A DNA stretch of 64,000 nucleotides from an uncultured Verrucomicrobiae bacterium (GCA_963782115.1 CAWAIK010000003.1:192001-256000); one strand, 5' to 3'; shown: positions 1-9,785, counted from the first letter of the stretch. Notes: a model not told the origin generated them from the sequence alone. Numbers and translations are program-made.

Positions 1-2
1 GC

Positions 3-353
3 TTTGTCGCGCTCTTTGGCATATCGATTCAGTACGGTGTGCTAATGCTGGAACGGGTTCGGGAACTCGAATTGGAAGATTCGCAGGTTGAAGTTTTCAC
101 GACAGCAAAAGAAGTGGCGCTGTCACGTTTGCGTCCGATCCTGATGACTTCCATGATGGCGGCGCTCGGGCTTCTTCCGGCGGCGCTTTCTCACGCGGTG
201 GGAGCCGAAACGGCGCGTCCGTTTGCGGTGGTAATCGTTGGTGGACTGGCTTCGGTCACACCGCTGACATTGCTCGTGCTGCCAGTGGCAATCACCTTCC
301 TCCTTCCTTTGACCAGAGGAAGAAAGGCTACTGCACCGGCCTTCGCGGCCTAG
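3..353 (+). CDS. CusA/CzcA-family RND efflux permease, C-terminal end (gene begins before the window)
   Basis: Frame open from nt 3 (FVALFGISIQYGVLML...). Contains RLRPILMT..AALGLLP and RPFAVVIVGGL, typical of the last TM helices of heavy-metal RND permeases. Confidence 0.85.
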   Translation, partial: FVALFGISIQYGVLMLERVRELELEDSQVEVFTTAKEVALSRLRPILMTSMMAALGLLPAALSHAVGAETARPFAVVIVGGLASVTPLTLLVLPVAITFLLPLTRGRKATAPAFAA

Positions 354-814
354 GCTAGGACGGGGAGCGCGACTCTCGTCTAGCCGGTCGGCCTTATTCC
401 ACTGAAAGTATCATGTGGTTCTATTGTCAAATCCGCACCAGCTTTTCTTCGTTGCCATTTTTCTTGCGCCGGAAAGAAATCATTTCCGGTGAGAGACAGG
501 GTGGTCTTTTTGATGAGCTTTCGCGTTGCATTGCAAGGGCGGCGAATTTCTTATCAAAAATCCAGCGCCTTACGTAACCTTTACTGGATACTGGGGCTTA
601 AACTTTGATTGCATGCCAGCCACGCCTGTGGGCGGCGCTCCCGGTGCTTCCAGCCCGCAGCACATGCAGTTTGGCAATACTTGGGTAATGACATTGGGAC
701 TCCAGCGTCTACTGCATCGTAGGAGGAAATCAGTTCCTGACGCTTTCCTATATCTGCGCCTATCATCACCGGTTCATAAGAGAAGATAATCAGCAGAAGT
801 ACAGCGCCATTGGA

Positions 815-1225
815 TTGGAGATCGATCATTGTTGGCTATATAAAATCAGTGAATCCAGTCCTGGAGTTAATGACGACACCTTTCATCTTGCCGGTCTTGG
901 GGGTGGAAATGCTTACAATGATTCCCAGTGCCAAATTCACGATAACTACGTGACCGCCGGATACGGAACAGAGCGGCCGTTTTTGGGGAAGGTCCTTGGC
1001 GGGAACGCCAGTGGGACAATGGCAAGCAACTACGTGACCGCCGCCGTTGCGCCGGACGGCAAGTTTGGGGGTGCCTATCTTCCGACGACATCCACCATTA
1101 CAGTGAACATGACGGAGTTCTCGGGACCGGTCAGCGCAAAGTGGGTCGATCCCAGCACCGGCCACTCAACAGTCGTCAGTGGCTCTCCGTTTGCCTCTAA
1201 TGGAACCCAAACAATTGGCCGGTGA
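815..1225 (+). pseudogene. Fragment resembling the C-terminal putative collagen-binding domain of DUF4038/apiosidase-like proteins
   Basis: NYVTAAVAPDGKFGGAYLPTTSTITVNMTEFSGPVSAKWVDPSTG resembles that domain. There is no intact N-terminal part, and the ORF stops a few nt from the tRNA 3' end. Confidence 0.5.
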
Positions 1226-1229
1226 TAGG

Positions 1230-1302
1230 AGCCGACAGTCGGATTCGAACCGACGACCTAATCATTACGAATGACTTGCTCTACCAGCTGAGCTATGTCG
1301 GC
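1230..1302 (-). tRNA. tRNA-Thr (anticodon CGT)
   Basis: Reverse complement folds as GCCGACA/TGTCGGC acceptor stem, D arm GCTC-AGCTGGTA-GAGC, anticodon arm AGTCA-TTCGTAA-TGATT and T arm GTCGG-TTCGAAT-CCGAC. It is followed by CCT, so full CCA is not encoded. Confidence 0.96.
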
Positions 1303-1357
1303 ATTTTTGCCACCCTATCCGGTCTTGTTACCGGCCTAAAACTCATTTTCCCCATGG

Positions 1358-1404
1358 GGAGCCGACGATTACGAATCGACGCTCTACCTCTAAGCTAGGT
1401 TGGC
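1358..1404 (-). pseudogene. Degenerate tRNA-Thr(CGT) lacking variable loop and T arm
   Basis: Reverse complement GCCAACCTAGCTTAGAGGTAGAGCGTCGATTCGTAATCGTCGGCTCC: acceptor 5' strand, D arm and TTCGTAA loop, joined directly to an acceptor 3' end (TCGGCTCC). Confidence 0.75.
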
Positions 1405-1516
1405 GCTGACAAAGGGAGGACAATAACTCCGGAGAAGTTGAGCGTCAAATGCCGACGCGGCTGAAGAGGGAGTCATCGGGACTCATGGAGCCAAGGGACG
1501 GCCGCTTTTCTGTCAT

Positions 1517-2521
1517 TCATTTCCCAACCCTGATCACCACCTTGCCAAAATGAGAGCCGATCGCCATGTATTCGTAGGCTTAAGGGGCGGATTCAAAGGG
1601 AAAAACCTGATCAATCACGGGCCGGATTCTGGATTGTTCAAGCGCTCGGTTCAATCCCTCGAACATTTCCCGGCTGCCAACGTAAATCCCGAAGATCGTG
1701 GCACCCTTGATGACAATCGGAAAGATCTCAGTTTCAGCCTGGCGGCCTGAGAGAATACCAATCAACCCGATCTTTCCACCATACCGGCAGGCGCGCAGCG
1801 ATTGGAGAAATGTCCCGGCTCCGCCCACCTCGATGACGTAGTCAACACCGTTGCTTCCAGCCAGGTTTGCGGCAGCCTTGCCCCATTCAGGAGTGGTTTT
1901 GTAGTTTATGACCCCGTCCGCACCCAACTTGCGCGCGCGCTCAAGCTTTTCGTCGCTACTCGACGTGATGATCACCCTTGCTCCAGCTGATTTGGCGATC
2001 TGCAGGCCAAAAATAGAAACCCCTCCGGTCCCCAGGAGAAGAACGGTCTCGCCGGGAACCAGCTGGCCCCGGACGATCAAAGATTGCCAGGCCGTCAATG
2101 CAGCGCAAGGTAGAGTTGCTCCTTCTTCGAAGGAATAATCTTTAGGCAGATGCACCAACCCTTCTTCGCGAAACTTCGCTTTTTCGACTAGAACGCCGTC
2201 AATTTGACCACCCAGTGCCGTCCGATGCATTTCGGCTTTAAATCGTCCTGCAGACCAGCAGCCTGCAAGGCGATCGCCAACCTTGAATTTGGTCACGGCC
2301 GTACCGACGGCAATGACTTCCCCTGCTCCGTCCGATAAAGGTATTCGCCCTTCGACCGGGTGGCGATCATATTGCCCGCGCAAGACGACGAGGTCGCGAT
2401 AGTTGAGCGAAGCTGCCTTGATCCGAACCACCACCTCGTAATCGCCGGGATCCGGCGGAGGTCGATCAACAAGCTCTAAGCCTTCCGGTCCACCGAATTT
2501 TTGGATTTCGTAGGCGTTCAT
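1517..2521 (-). pseudogene. MDR-family (zinc-type alcohol dehydrogenase-like) NAD(P) oxidoreductase with a premature TAA at 1580-1582
   Basis: SLNYRD, PLSDGAGEV and GTGGVS motifs. After the TAA the frame continues AYEYMAIGSHFGKVVIRVGK* (stop 1517-1519), the conserved family C-terminus. Confidence 0.8.
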
Positions 2522-2534
2522 GGGGGAAGGTCGT

Positions 2535-2754
2535 GGGAGTTGCCATCAGTTCTCAGTTCTCAGTTCTCAGTTGTCAGTGGGCAGCAGGCAGTGGGCGCAG
2601 GTACTCGGGCGATTCAGGGTAAAGAAATCTGTTTGAGAAGACAAAAGGTCAACCGATCTCCCTGATCTCCTGCATTCTTCGCTCTGCAACTGACAACTGG
2701 CAACTGACCACTGAGAACTGATCGGCAACTGACCACTGGCAACTGGTAACTCCC
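2535..2754. repeat. Inverted pair of 7-bp tandem arrays (CAGTTST / ASAACTG type) flanking ~90 bp
   Basis: Left array cagttct x3, cagttgt, cagtggg (2547-2596). Right array caactga/caactgg/ccactga (2686-2751). Outer ends gggagttgcca / tggtaactccc are near-complementary. Confidence 0.8.
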
Positions 2755-2765
2755 CCGGACTTCCG

Positions 2766-3464
2766 CTAACCCGAGCGCCTGAAAGTCCTGGTGCCGCGGG
2801 CGACGACAGATCTCGGAGCGTTCGAGCCAAAGGAGAGCCCGAGAACGCCGGAGCCGAGGGCGAAGTAGAGAATGACAGCTGGGAACGACAATCCGACCCT
2901 GGGAGCGGAAGGGTGAGATGGCGGGAATAGGAACTCAACAAGATAGCCGAAACAACAAAGGGTCGGCAACACGAGCGCGGCCAGAACCCCTATTTGGAAC
3001 GCCCTCTTCCGCCAGCCTGGATCCGGGTGGAAGATCAGCAGGGAAGACGCGAAAAGCAGACTCGTCGTTGCGCTATGTGGGGTAGGTCGAGCCGAATAGA
3101 GAGTAACGCGCTGACCGCTTGAGTCCGGCAGAAAGAAAATATCCAGGTCCGGAACACGGATTCCGCTGGCATATTCCAACAGGAACACCGCAGCAAAACA
3201 GAATACCAGGATGCAGAGAGTCTTCGAAAGGATGATTTGAACTGGATGCTGTGCCCGGACCGGGGCTGCGATGAGAGCGAGAGCCAAGCTCAACGCGGTC
3301 ACTGACATGACTGTCCAGGGCGTCAGATAGGGCGAGATAGGTGCGGACTGGCGAACACTAGGAGCGTAGTGTCCCCAATGCGGGATATAGAGCAGGCAAA
3401 CGACAAAAAGCGCCAAACCAATTGCAAACGAATAAGACGGGCGTCTTTGCACTTGAGGCATCAT
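2766..3464 (-). CDS. Hypothetical multi-pass membrane protein, resembling the membrane sensor module of some histidine kinases
   Basis: 232 aa with ~6 hydrophobic segments and MS..TA, LD.FF, ARPTPHSA and GYL motifs. No kinase domain follows. Confidence 0.6.
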   Translation of the reverse strand: MMPQVQRRPSYSFAIGLALFVVCLLYIPHWGHYAPSVRQSAPISPYLTPWTVMSVTALSLALALIAAPVRAQHPVQIILSKTLCILVFCFAAVFLLEYASGIRVPDLDIFFLPDSSGQRVTLYSARPTPHSATTSLLFASSLLIFHPDPGWRKRAFQIGVLAALVLPTLCCFGYLVEFLFPPSHPSAPRVGLSFPAVILYFALGSGVLGLSFGSNAPRSVVARGTRTFRRSG

Positions 3465-3702
3465 TTACATCTTGAAGTCTTAGTTCTTCGAACACCCTCG
3501 ATGGGACCGCCCGATTCTCGTCCCCAGACCTAGAATTTCACCTATTCCTGGATATTCCGCCTGCGTAAGTCGCAAAATCGAATGTGAAATATTCGCGTAC
3601 GTCCTTCAAGTTATCGACTGGATCGCCGTGAACTTAAGAGATTTGTTGCACGGGAACAATCGCGGCTTCCATTGAGGCAAATATGGTACCGAGGGCAAGC
3701 GT

Positions 3703-4908
3703 TCAGGCGAACGCTCCAGGTGAAGTCAATGGGTATTCGTCACAGACTTGGGCGAATTTTCGAATCGCAAATTGTAAATCTTCTGTCGAATGAACGGCGG
3801 AGACTTGAGTTCGGATTCGGGCGGTCCCCTGCGGCACCACTGGATAAAAGAATCCGATGACATAGACACCTAAGGCTAAAAGTCGATCCGCTATTTTTTG
3901 TGAGAGCGCCGCGTCTCCGATCATCACCGGCACAATGGGATGCGTTCCTGGTCGGATCGCTAACCCGTTTTCCGTAAGACCAGCCCGGAAGAATCGGGTA
4001 TTTGCTTCCAATCTGTCGCGGAGTTCGGTCGATCGCGAAGCGATTTTGATCGCTTGAATAGAAGCTGCGACCGTGCAGGGCGTTAAACTATTGGAGAAAA
4101 GGTATGGCCGCGAGCGTTGACGAAGTAGATCAACTATCGCCTTTCGACCGGTGATATAGCCTCCGCTCCCCCCGCCCAAGGCCTTTCCAAGCGTGCCGGT
4201 GATGATATCAATCCGGTCCATCACTCCATGGTATTCCGGAGTACCCCGACCGGTTTTGCCCAGAAACCCGGCAGCATGGCACTCATCGACCATAACCATC
4301 GAGAGATATTTTTCGGCCAAATCACATATTTCTTTCAGGTTTGCAATCGTGCCATCCATGGAAAACACGCCGTCCGTCGCGATTAATCGATAACGAGATC
4401 CTCGAGCCTCTATAAGTCTAGCTTCAAGGTCGTTCATGTCGCTATGCCGGTACCTGTATCGTTGTGCTTTGCAGAGACGGATGCCATCGATAATGGAGGC
4501 GTGATTCAATTCGTCGCTGATCACAACGTCCTCATTTGACAAAATGGTCTCAAACAGGCCGCCATTCGCATCGAAACAGCTCCCATACAGAATGGTGTCC
4601 TCGGTTTGATGAAATCGGGTCAGCGCCGCCTCAAGTTCTTTGTGGATCTCCTGGGTCCCACAGATAAAACGAACGGAAGCGAGGCCGAATCCCCAGCGTT
4701 CCAACGCGGCTTTCGCCGCCTCGATCACCTCCGGGTGATCGGCCAACCCCAGATAGTTATTAGCACAGAGATTTAAGACTTCTTTACCGTCTGCGGTCCT
4801 AATATGGGCGCGCTGGGGCGTGCTGAGAGGTCGTTCGGTCTTATACAAGCCTTGTTGCCGGATCTCACCGAGCTGTTCCGCGAGATGTTCCTGGAATGCG
4901 CCCATCAT
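3703..4908 (-). CDS. kbl: Glycine C-acetyltransferase (2-amino-3-ketobutyrate CoA ligase)
   Basis: [29 protein letters not shown] (PLP Lys) and [11 protein letters not shown] motifs; downstream of tdh. Confidence 0.96.
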   Translation of the reverse strand: MMGAFQEHLAEQLGEIRQQGLYKTERPLSTPQRAHIRTADGKEVLNLCANNYLGLADHPEVIEAAKAALERWGFGLASVRFICGTQEIHKELEAALTRFHQTEDTILYGSCFDANGGLFETILSNEDVVISDELNHASIIDGIRLCKAQRYRYRHSDMNDLEARLIEARGSRYRLIATDGVFSMDGTIANLKEICDLAEKYLSMVMVDECHAAGFLGKTGRGTPEYHGVMDRIDIITGTLGKALGGGSGGYITGRKAIVDLLRQRSRPYLFSNSLTPCTVAASIQAIKIASRSTELRDRLEANTRFFRAGLTENGLAIRPGTHPIVPVMIGDAALSQKIADRLLALGVYVIGFFYPVVPQGTARIRTQVSAVHSTEDLQFAIRKFAQVCDEYPLTSPGAFA

Positions 4909-4912
4909 AGAA

Positions 4913-5096
4913 GAAGTTGTCAGTGGCCAGTGGTCAGTTGTCAGCGGCGCAGCGAAAAGTTGCGCAGATCAGCGAGAATGACCGAAGTTCTGTATCCCAA
5001 ACAAGTTACTTATAAGCCAGATTGCCTCGATGGTCGGCTCTGCCACTGACAACTGACCACCGACAACTGGCAACTGACTGACAATTGGCCGACTTC
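4913..5096. repeat. Second inverted pair of 7-bp tandem arrays between tdh and kbl
   Basis: gaagttgtcagtggccagtggtcagttgtcag (4913-4944) and ccactgacaactgaccaccgacaactggcaactgactgacaattgg (5043-5088); same unit family as 2535-2754. Confidence 0.8.
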
Positions 5097-5610
5097 ATAA
5101 CACATCTTCGCCGAGCACATCGAAAGAAAGTGCAGTGTGAACCGCGTTGCCAAGAGGATCAAAACAAGTAAGTACGTCAAGTGGGATCTTTGGATCGGCT
5201 AACCAGACATTCGTCTGCGGCATGGAAAGATATTGGGCAAAAGCCCCGGGACGGTTGACGCCGACTCCATTTGTCTTATTGCAGAGATGCCGGCGCCCGG
5301 CTAAGCAGTTCCGGCATCGTCCACAGACAATATGTCCTTCACCTGTTACAATCATGCCCGAATGGAAATCGATCACATGACTTCCAACGGATTCAATGAC
5401 GCCGACGAACTCGTGACCAATCGGCATCGGCGTCGGGACAGTGCGCTGCGCCCAGGAATCCCATTCATAGATATGGACATCGGTACCGCAGATTGAAGAA
5501 CGAAGAATGCGAATCAAGACGTCAAACTCGCCTGCTGCCGGTGCAGGGACCTCTTCCAGCCAAAGTCCCGGACCACGCTCTCTTTTGACGAGCGCCTGCA
5601 TCTTTCTCAT
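5095..5610 (-). pseudogene. tdh: L-threonine 3-dehydrogenase, truncated after 171 aa (NAD-binding half missing)
   Basis: [26 protein letters not shown] and [10 protein letters not shown] motifs. Stops at GEDVL* just before the expected ITGAGPIG motif; no C-terminal remainder before kbl. Confidence 0.88.
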
Positions 5611-5732
5611 CGGAATAAGTGGTGACTACGCAGAGCGGTAAGATACACCGTTTGGAGGGAAATACTTCGCAAGTTCGGGAGGCAGGAGTTCTGCCTTCCT
5701 GCCCTCGCCAAACTTCGGTATACTATATCGAC

Positions 5733-6236
5733 GTGCGTCTATTAGCTCTTGACCCAGCGCTGAGGAACTCCGGGTATGCGATCCTTGAGAAGGAAGGGTC
5801 GAAGGTGCGCGCGATCAATTACGGAGTGATCCGAAACAAGGCCCAGCTATCAATGCCGGGTTGTCTTGTAGAAATTCATCGACAAATCGAGGATTTGATC
5901 CGTTTTCATTGTCCGGCAGAGTGCGCAGTCGAAGGGTTGATCTACGTCCAGAACACGCGTACTGCGATTACCCTCGGAGCGGCTCGCGGATCAGCCTTGC
6001 TCGCGGCTGCGCAACACGGGTTGCCGATCTATGAATACCCGCCAAGGAGGGTTAAGCAGGCGGTTGTCGGTCGGGGAGCGGCGCAAAAAGCACAGATCGG
6101 ATATATGGTGCGGACGCTCCTGGGGCTTACCGAAACACCCGAAGCGGATGCCGCAGACGCACTGGCAATCGGTCTGACTCACTTTCAAATGCATAGTTCG
6201 CCGCTCGCGGCACTTCGAGCGAATCGTCCTTTATGA
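5733..6236 (+). CDS. ruvC: Holliday junction resolvase RuvC
   Basis: LALDP, CAVE, LGAARG, VKQAVVGRGAAQKAQI and DAADALAI motifs. GTG start at 5733 preferred over the longer ORF. Confidence 0.93.
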   Translation: MRLLALDPALRNSGYAILEKEGSKVRAINYGVIRNKAQLSMPGCLVEIHRQIEDLIRFHCPAECAVEGLIYVQNTRTAITLGAARGSALLAAAQHGLPIYEYPPRRVKQAVVGRGAAQKAQIGYMVRTLLGLTETPEADAADALAIGLTHFQMHSSPLAALRANRPL

Positions 6237-6862
6237 ACATCGAATGGTTGGGCCGCATCGATTTCCAGGCGGGTCTTCGCATTCAGGAAGAAAGGCTCGA
6301 TGATTGCCTCAAGCGCGGTGAAGAGAGCGTGATCCTGCTCGAGCACGAGCCCGTTTATACAATCGGCCGGCTTCTTGATAAGTCGAGCTTGCGCGTCGTT
6401 GACCTGCTCCCCTACCCGGTCTTCGAAACCAACCGGGGCGGCCAAGCGACCTACCACGGACCCGGCCAATTGGTTGGTTACCCGATTCTTGATCTGCGCG
6501 CGCGGGGCCGGGATCTACATTGTTATCTACGAAAGCTGGAAGATCTCCTGATCGATCTGCTCAAAGAATTCGGAATAAAGGGGGGCAAAGTCGAGGGCAA
6601 GACGGGAGTCTGGGTTCAGGACCGCAAGATCGCTTCAATCGGTGTCGGAGTTCGCAAATGGGTGACCATGCACGGTTTCGCACTCAACGTTGCGGGCGAT
6701 CTGAGCGGCTTTCAGAGCATCATCCCCTGTGGACTTTCCGGCGTAAGGATGACATCGATCAGCACCGAATCAGGAAACGAGGTCTCACTGGAAACGGTTC
6801 GGGATAAGATGTCTCCTTACCTGCGCCGGTATCTCGACTCTGAAGCGTTTGCCAGAAGATAG
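6233..6862 (+). CDS. lipB: Lipoyl(octanoyl) transferase
   Basis: LEHEPVYTIG, RGGQATYHGPGQLVGYPI, KIASIG, HGFALNV and IIPCG motifs. Confidence 0.96.
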   Translation: MNIEWLGRIDFQAGLRIQEERLDDCLKRGEESVILLEHEPVYTIGRLLDKSSLRVVDLLPYPVFETNRGGQATYHGPGQLVGYPILDLRARGRDLHCYLRKLEDLLIDLLKEFGIKGGKVEGKTGVWVQDRKIASIGVGVRKWVTMHGFALNVAGDLSGFQSIIPCGLSGVRMTSISTESGNEVSLETVRDKMSPYLRRYLDSEAFARR

Positions 6863-6921
6863 CGAACTTTCTGTCGCCCGGACGAAGGACTCCCGTGTCC
6901 TGTCCCCGAAACACCTGGCTA

Positions 6922-8178
6922 CTAGCGCCGCAGCGCGGGAATGTTGCCTATCCAGGTCGTAACGAGCGCCAGGATCATGGTCCAACCAAAAAGGGTTGTG
7001 GCGAAGCCGGCTCCGCTGCCCACGGGAAGTACAACCAACAGGAGTGAGAGGAGTCCCCCGAGATAGGTGAAGGCGCCGACCAAGCTAAAAACGACGCGGC
7101 CGGCCTTGGATCGGTTCGTGAAGACTAGCGACATCGGGAATGCCGCGGCGATCAAAGTCAGACCGACAAAGATGACGCTGATCTGCTTACTCAACAGCCC
7201 GGTGACAAACAACCCGAGTCCAACGAGCACACCGCCGCCAACCGCGATAGCTTCTCTTTTTTCGTCCGATCGCAGTGCAAGGCGAGCAAATCGATCAAAC
7301 AACAGAAACAGATTTCCTACACCTTTCGCCACCCAGATCCACAGAACGAACAAACAATAGAAACCAATCAGGGCCATTCCGATCGGTGCCAGTCGCCCGA
7401 CGAAGGCTGCGTTTGCGAATTGCATCAAAATCAGAAGTCCGATCACGACCATTCCCCGACCTGCCCGCCCTAGTTTCTCCATCATAAAGCTGTACCTGAG
7501 GTAAGCACGATAAAGCGGGGACCGTGCACGAAACGCGTGCAGCAATCCTTCTCGAGCCTCCCGATGTTCAGGCTCGATTCGCAGAGCCGAGCGAAAATGC
7601 GTTTCGGCAGCTCGCACTTCTCCCCGCTGAAGCGCCAGCATCCCTGCCGACGAGTGAGTCCATGGATTCTCGGGGTTCCTTGCCAATAATCCGCGAATAT
7701 GCGCGGCACTTTCCTCCAGCTTGCCTTGCATCCTGAGCGCGTCAGCCAGGCTGTCTCCGGCAGCTTCGTTCTCGGGATCCAGCGCCAGAGCCTGACGCGC
7801 GGTACGTTCGGCCTCGTGCGGTTTGCCAAGAACCAACATGACAAGCGACTCCGCTACATAGGAGTCTGGTGAGTCGGGCGCCAAGCTTCGCGCCTGCTCG
7901 ACTTCCAGCAAAGCCTCTTTCGTACGGTTCAGCAAAATCAGAATATTCGCTCGCTGCGCATGATAGAAAGCTCGGCTCGGGCGCAATCTCAAGGCCTGGT
8001 CAATCATGGACAACGCTTCAGGACGAGTATTCGGGTCGTGCATCAGACAGGTCGACAAAAAAAAGAACCCTTGGGGTTCCTCGGGATCGCTCTGAATCGC
8101 CCTTCGCAAGTAGGATTCGGCCTCACGGTACCTGCCCTGTCCAACAAACAAAAGCGCGCGGGTAAAAGAGTCGTTCAT
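6922..8178 (-). CDS. TPR-repeat protein with C-terminal multi-pass membrane domain
   Basis: ~6 TPR-like units (A..Y...AI..DP, AL.L.P) then ~6 hydrophobic helices. ATG at 8178 overlaps the upstream AAA gene stop (ATGA). Confidence 0.85.
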   Translation of the reverse strand: MNDSFTRALLFVGQGRYREAESYLRRAIQSDPEEPQGFFFLSTCLMHDPNTRPEALSMIDQALRLRPSRAFYHAQRANILILLNRTKEALLEVEQARSLAPDSPDSYVAESLVMLVLGKPHEAERTARQALALDPENEAAGDSLADALRMQGKLEESAAHIRGLLARNPENPWTHSSAGMLALQRGEVRAAETHFRSALRIEPEHREAREGLLHAFRARSPLYRAYLRYSFMMEKLGRAGRGMVVIGLLILMQFANAAFVGRLAPIGMALIGFYCLFVLWIWVAKGVGNLFLLFDRFARLALRSDEKREAIAVGGGVLVGLGLFVTGLLSKQISVIFVGLTLIAAAFPMSLVFTNRSKAGRVVFSLVGAFTYLGGLLSLLLVVLPVGSGAGFATTLFGWTMILALVTTWIGNIPALRR

Positions 8179-9542
8179 TTGCGAATTCCTAAAAAGGTCA
8201 GCACATCGTCGTAGAACCCTCCCTGGTTGGCGTAAAGCGCATAATTTTTCGCGCTTTCGAACCAGGCGCGGGTGGAAGGTTTCATCCCTTTGCATGCCAG
8301 GAGCAGATCCTCCGTAGTCAACGGCACAACGCGACCTTCCTTCATGGCTCGCGAGAGAGCCCGCTCGGTCGCGACGTCGAAGATCGATTGAAGGTCGGCG
8401 CCGGAGAATTCTTTTGTTCGCTTTGCCAATGCCTTGGCCTCAAGACGTTTGAACGGCTTATTGCGGGCCAGGATTTCTATAATTGCTTCACGCGCGGATT
8501 CGTCCGGAGGCGGCACGAAGATGATGCGATCAAAACGGCCTGGGCGTCTGAACGCCGCGTCCAGATGCCACGGAGCATTCGTTGCTCCCAGAATAAGTAT
8601 CCCCTCGTTGCTTCCAATGTTTCCATCCATCTCCGCCAGGAACTGGTTGATCATCGTCCGAATGGCGCTTTCGCGAAAATCCTTTCGGTCGGCAGCCAAG
8701 GCGTCTACCTCGTCGAAAAAGAGGATCGCCGGGGGATTTTCCCGGGCCAATTGAAACGACTGGTGCAGGTTTTTTTCGCTGTTACCGACGTAAAGATCGA
8801 GAACCTGATGTATACCGATCGAGATGAAATTGGCGTGAATCTCGCCCGCGGTCGCCTTGCTGATCAAGGTTTTGCCGCAACCCGGAGGTCCGTACAGCAA
8901 CACACCGCCGCCAAGCTTTTTGCCGTACGCTTTGAAGAGAGCGCGGTTCTTGAGCGGATAAATAATCTTCATCCGTATCTCTTCCTTGATATCCTCCATG
9001 CCCCCGACGTTCGCGAAAGAAACCTTCGGCTTTTCGATGTCCGGCAGGCTGTCGCTCTCTCTCTCGAACTCGCCCACGAACTCCCAGGTATCCGGTTCGA
9101 CATCGGGAGCCAGGTTGGCCGGAGGAACCGCAGGCTTTGTCGTCTGGCCGATCTGTATGTCTCGCTCAATGACAGGATCACTCAGATTGGGGCTCAGTTT
9201 GATGGCCTTCTGATAATATTGTACGGCTAGAGAGCGATCGCCTTCGGCAACTGCCAGCCGGGAGAGCAACATCCACGCTTCCGCGAAACCAGGATTGGCT
9301 TCGGTCAAGGCCTCGGTGCGAACCACGGCCTCGGAGGTATTCCCGCTCAGATAAAGGACGCGGGCGATGCCAAGCTTGGCTTCATCGTGAGCAGGATCTG
9401 ACCGAAGAATACGATCGTAAGCGGCTCGTGCTTCTTCGAAACTCAACTCATCCAAACAAGCCTGACCGAACAAAAGCAGCAAGGGAACGTTCTGCGGCGA
9501 CACGGCAAGGGCTTCACGCAGCGAATGGAGCCTGGACGTCAT
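8175..9542 (-). CDS. Classic-clade AAA ATPase with N-terminal TPRs
   Basis: VGGMEDIKEEI, Walker A GPPGCGKT, pore loop YVGNSE, Walker B ILFFDEVD, SRH ATNAPWHLDAAFRRPGRFD. Start MTSRL at 9542 chosen. Confidence 0.9.
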   Translation of the reverse strand: MTSRLHSLREALAVSPQNVPLLLLFGQACLDELSFEEARAAYDRILRSDPAHDEAKLGIARVLYLSGNTSEAVVRTEALTEANPGFAEAWMLLSRLAVAEGDRSLAVQYYQKAIKLSPNLSDPVIERDIQIGQTTKPAVPPANLAPDVEPDTWEFVGEFERESDSLPDIEKPKVSFANVGGMEDIKEEIRMKIIYPLKNRALFKAYGKKLGGGVLLYGPPGCGKTLISKATAGEIHANFISIGIHQVLDLYVGNSEKNLHQSFQLARENPPAILFFDEVDALAADRKDFRESAIRTMINQFLAEMDGNIGSNEGILILGATNAPWHLDAAFRRPGRFDRIIFVPPPDESAREAIIEILARNKPFKRLEAKALAKRTKEFSGADLQSIFDVATERALSRAMKEGRVVPLTTEDLLLACKGMKPSTRAWFESAKNYALYANQGGFYDDVLTFLGIRK

Positions 9543-9785
9543 AGTAAAATGACTACCAAGGTTAGCGGATAAATCGAACGGAAACTGTCCATAACGTATT
9601 TCGAGCGGCAAGGCTTGCCCTCGGCACGGTGCCGCGAGGCGAGAGGAGGCAGGTGAACATCCCAAAGGATACACGGGTCGTGGAAAACAGGAAATGGCTT
9701 CGTATTCTGGCAACCGATGGGACCTTCACTTTCGTCGGTGCAAACCGGAAAAGGTTCGTTTAATCTGCGACCGAATAATCTACTT

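Noticed and set aside
944..1043. 16-bp direct repeat aactacgtgaccgccg (944-959, 1028-1043)
   Set aside because: In frame within a decayed gene (NYVTA twice); only two copies, no sign of an att site or array.
1230..5610. Functional link between tRNA-Thr and tdh-kbl
   Set aside because: Separated by unrelated genes and no T-box or leader seen; proximity is likely coincidental.
8388..9230. Long antisense ORFs (also 22555-23505, 42002-42763, 54661-55572)
   Set aside because: Shadows of well-supported genes on the opposite strand, with no recognisable motifs.
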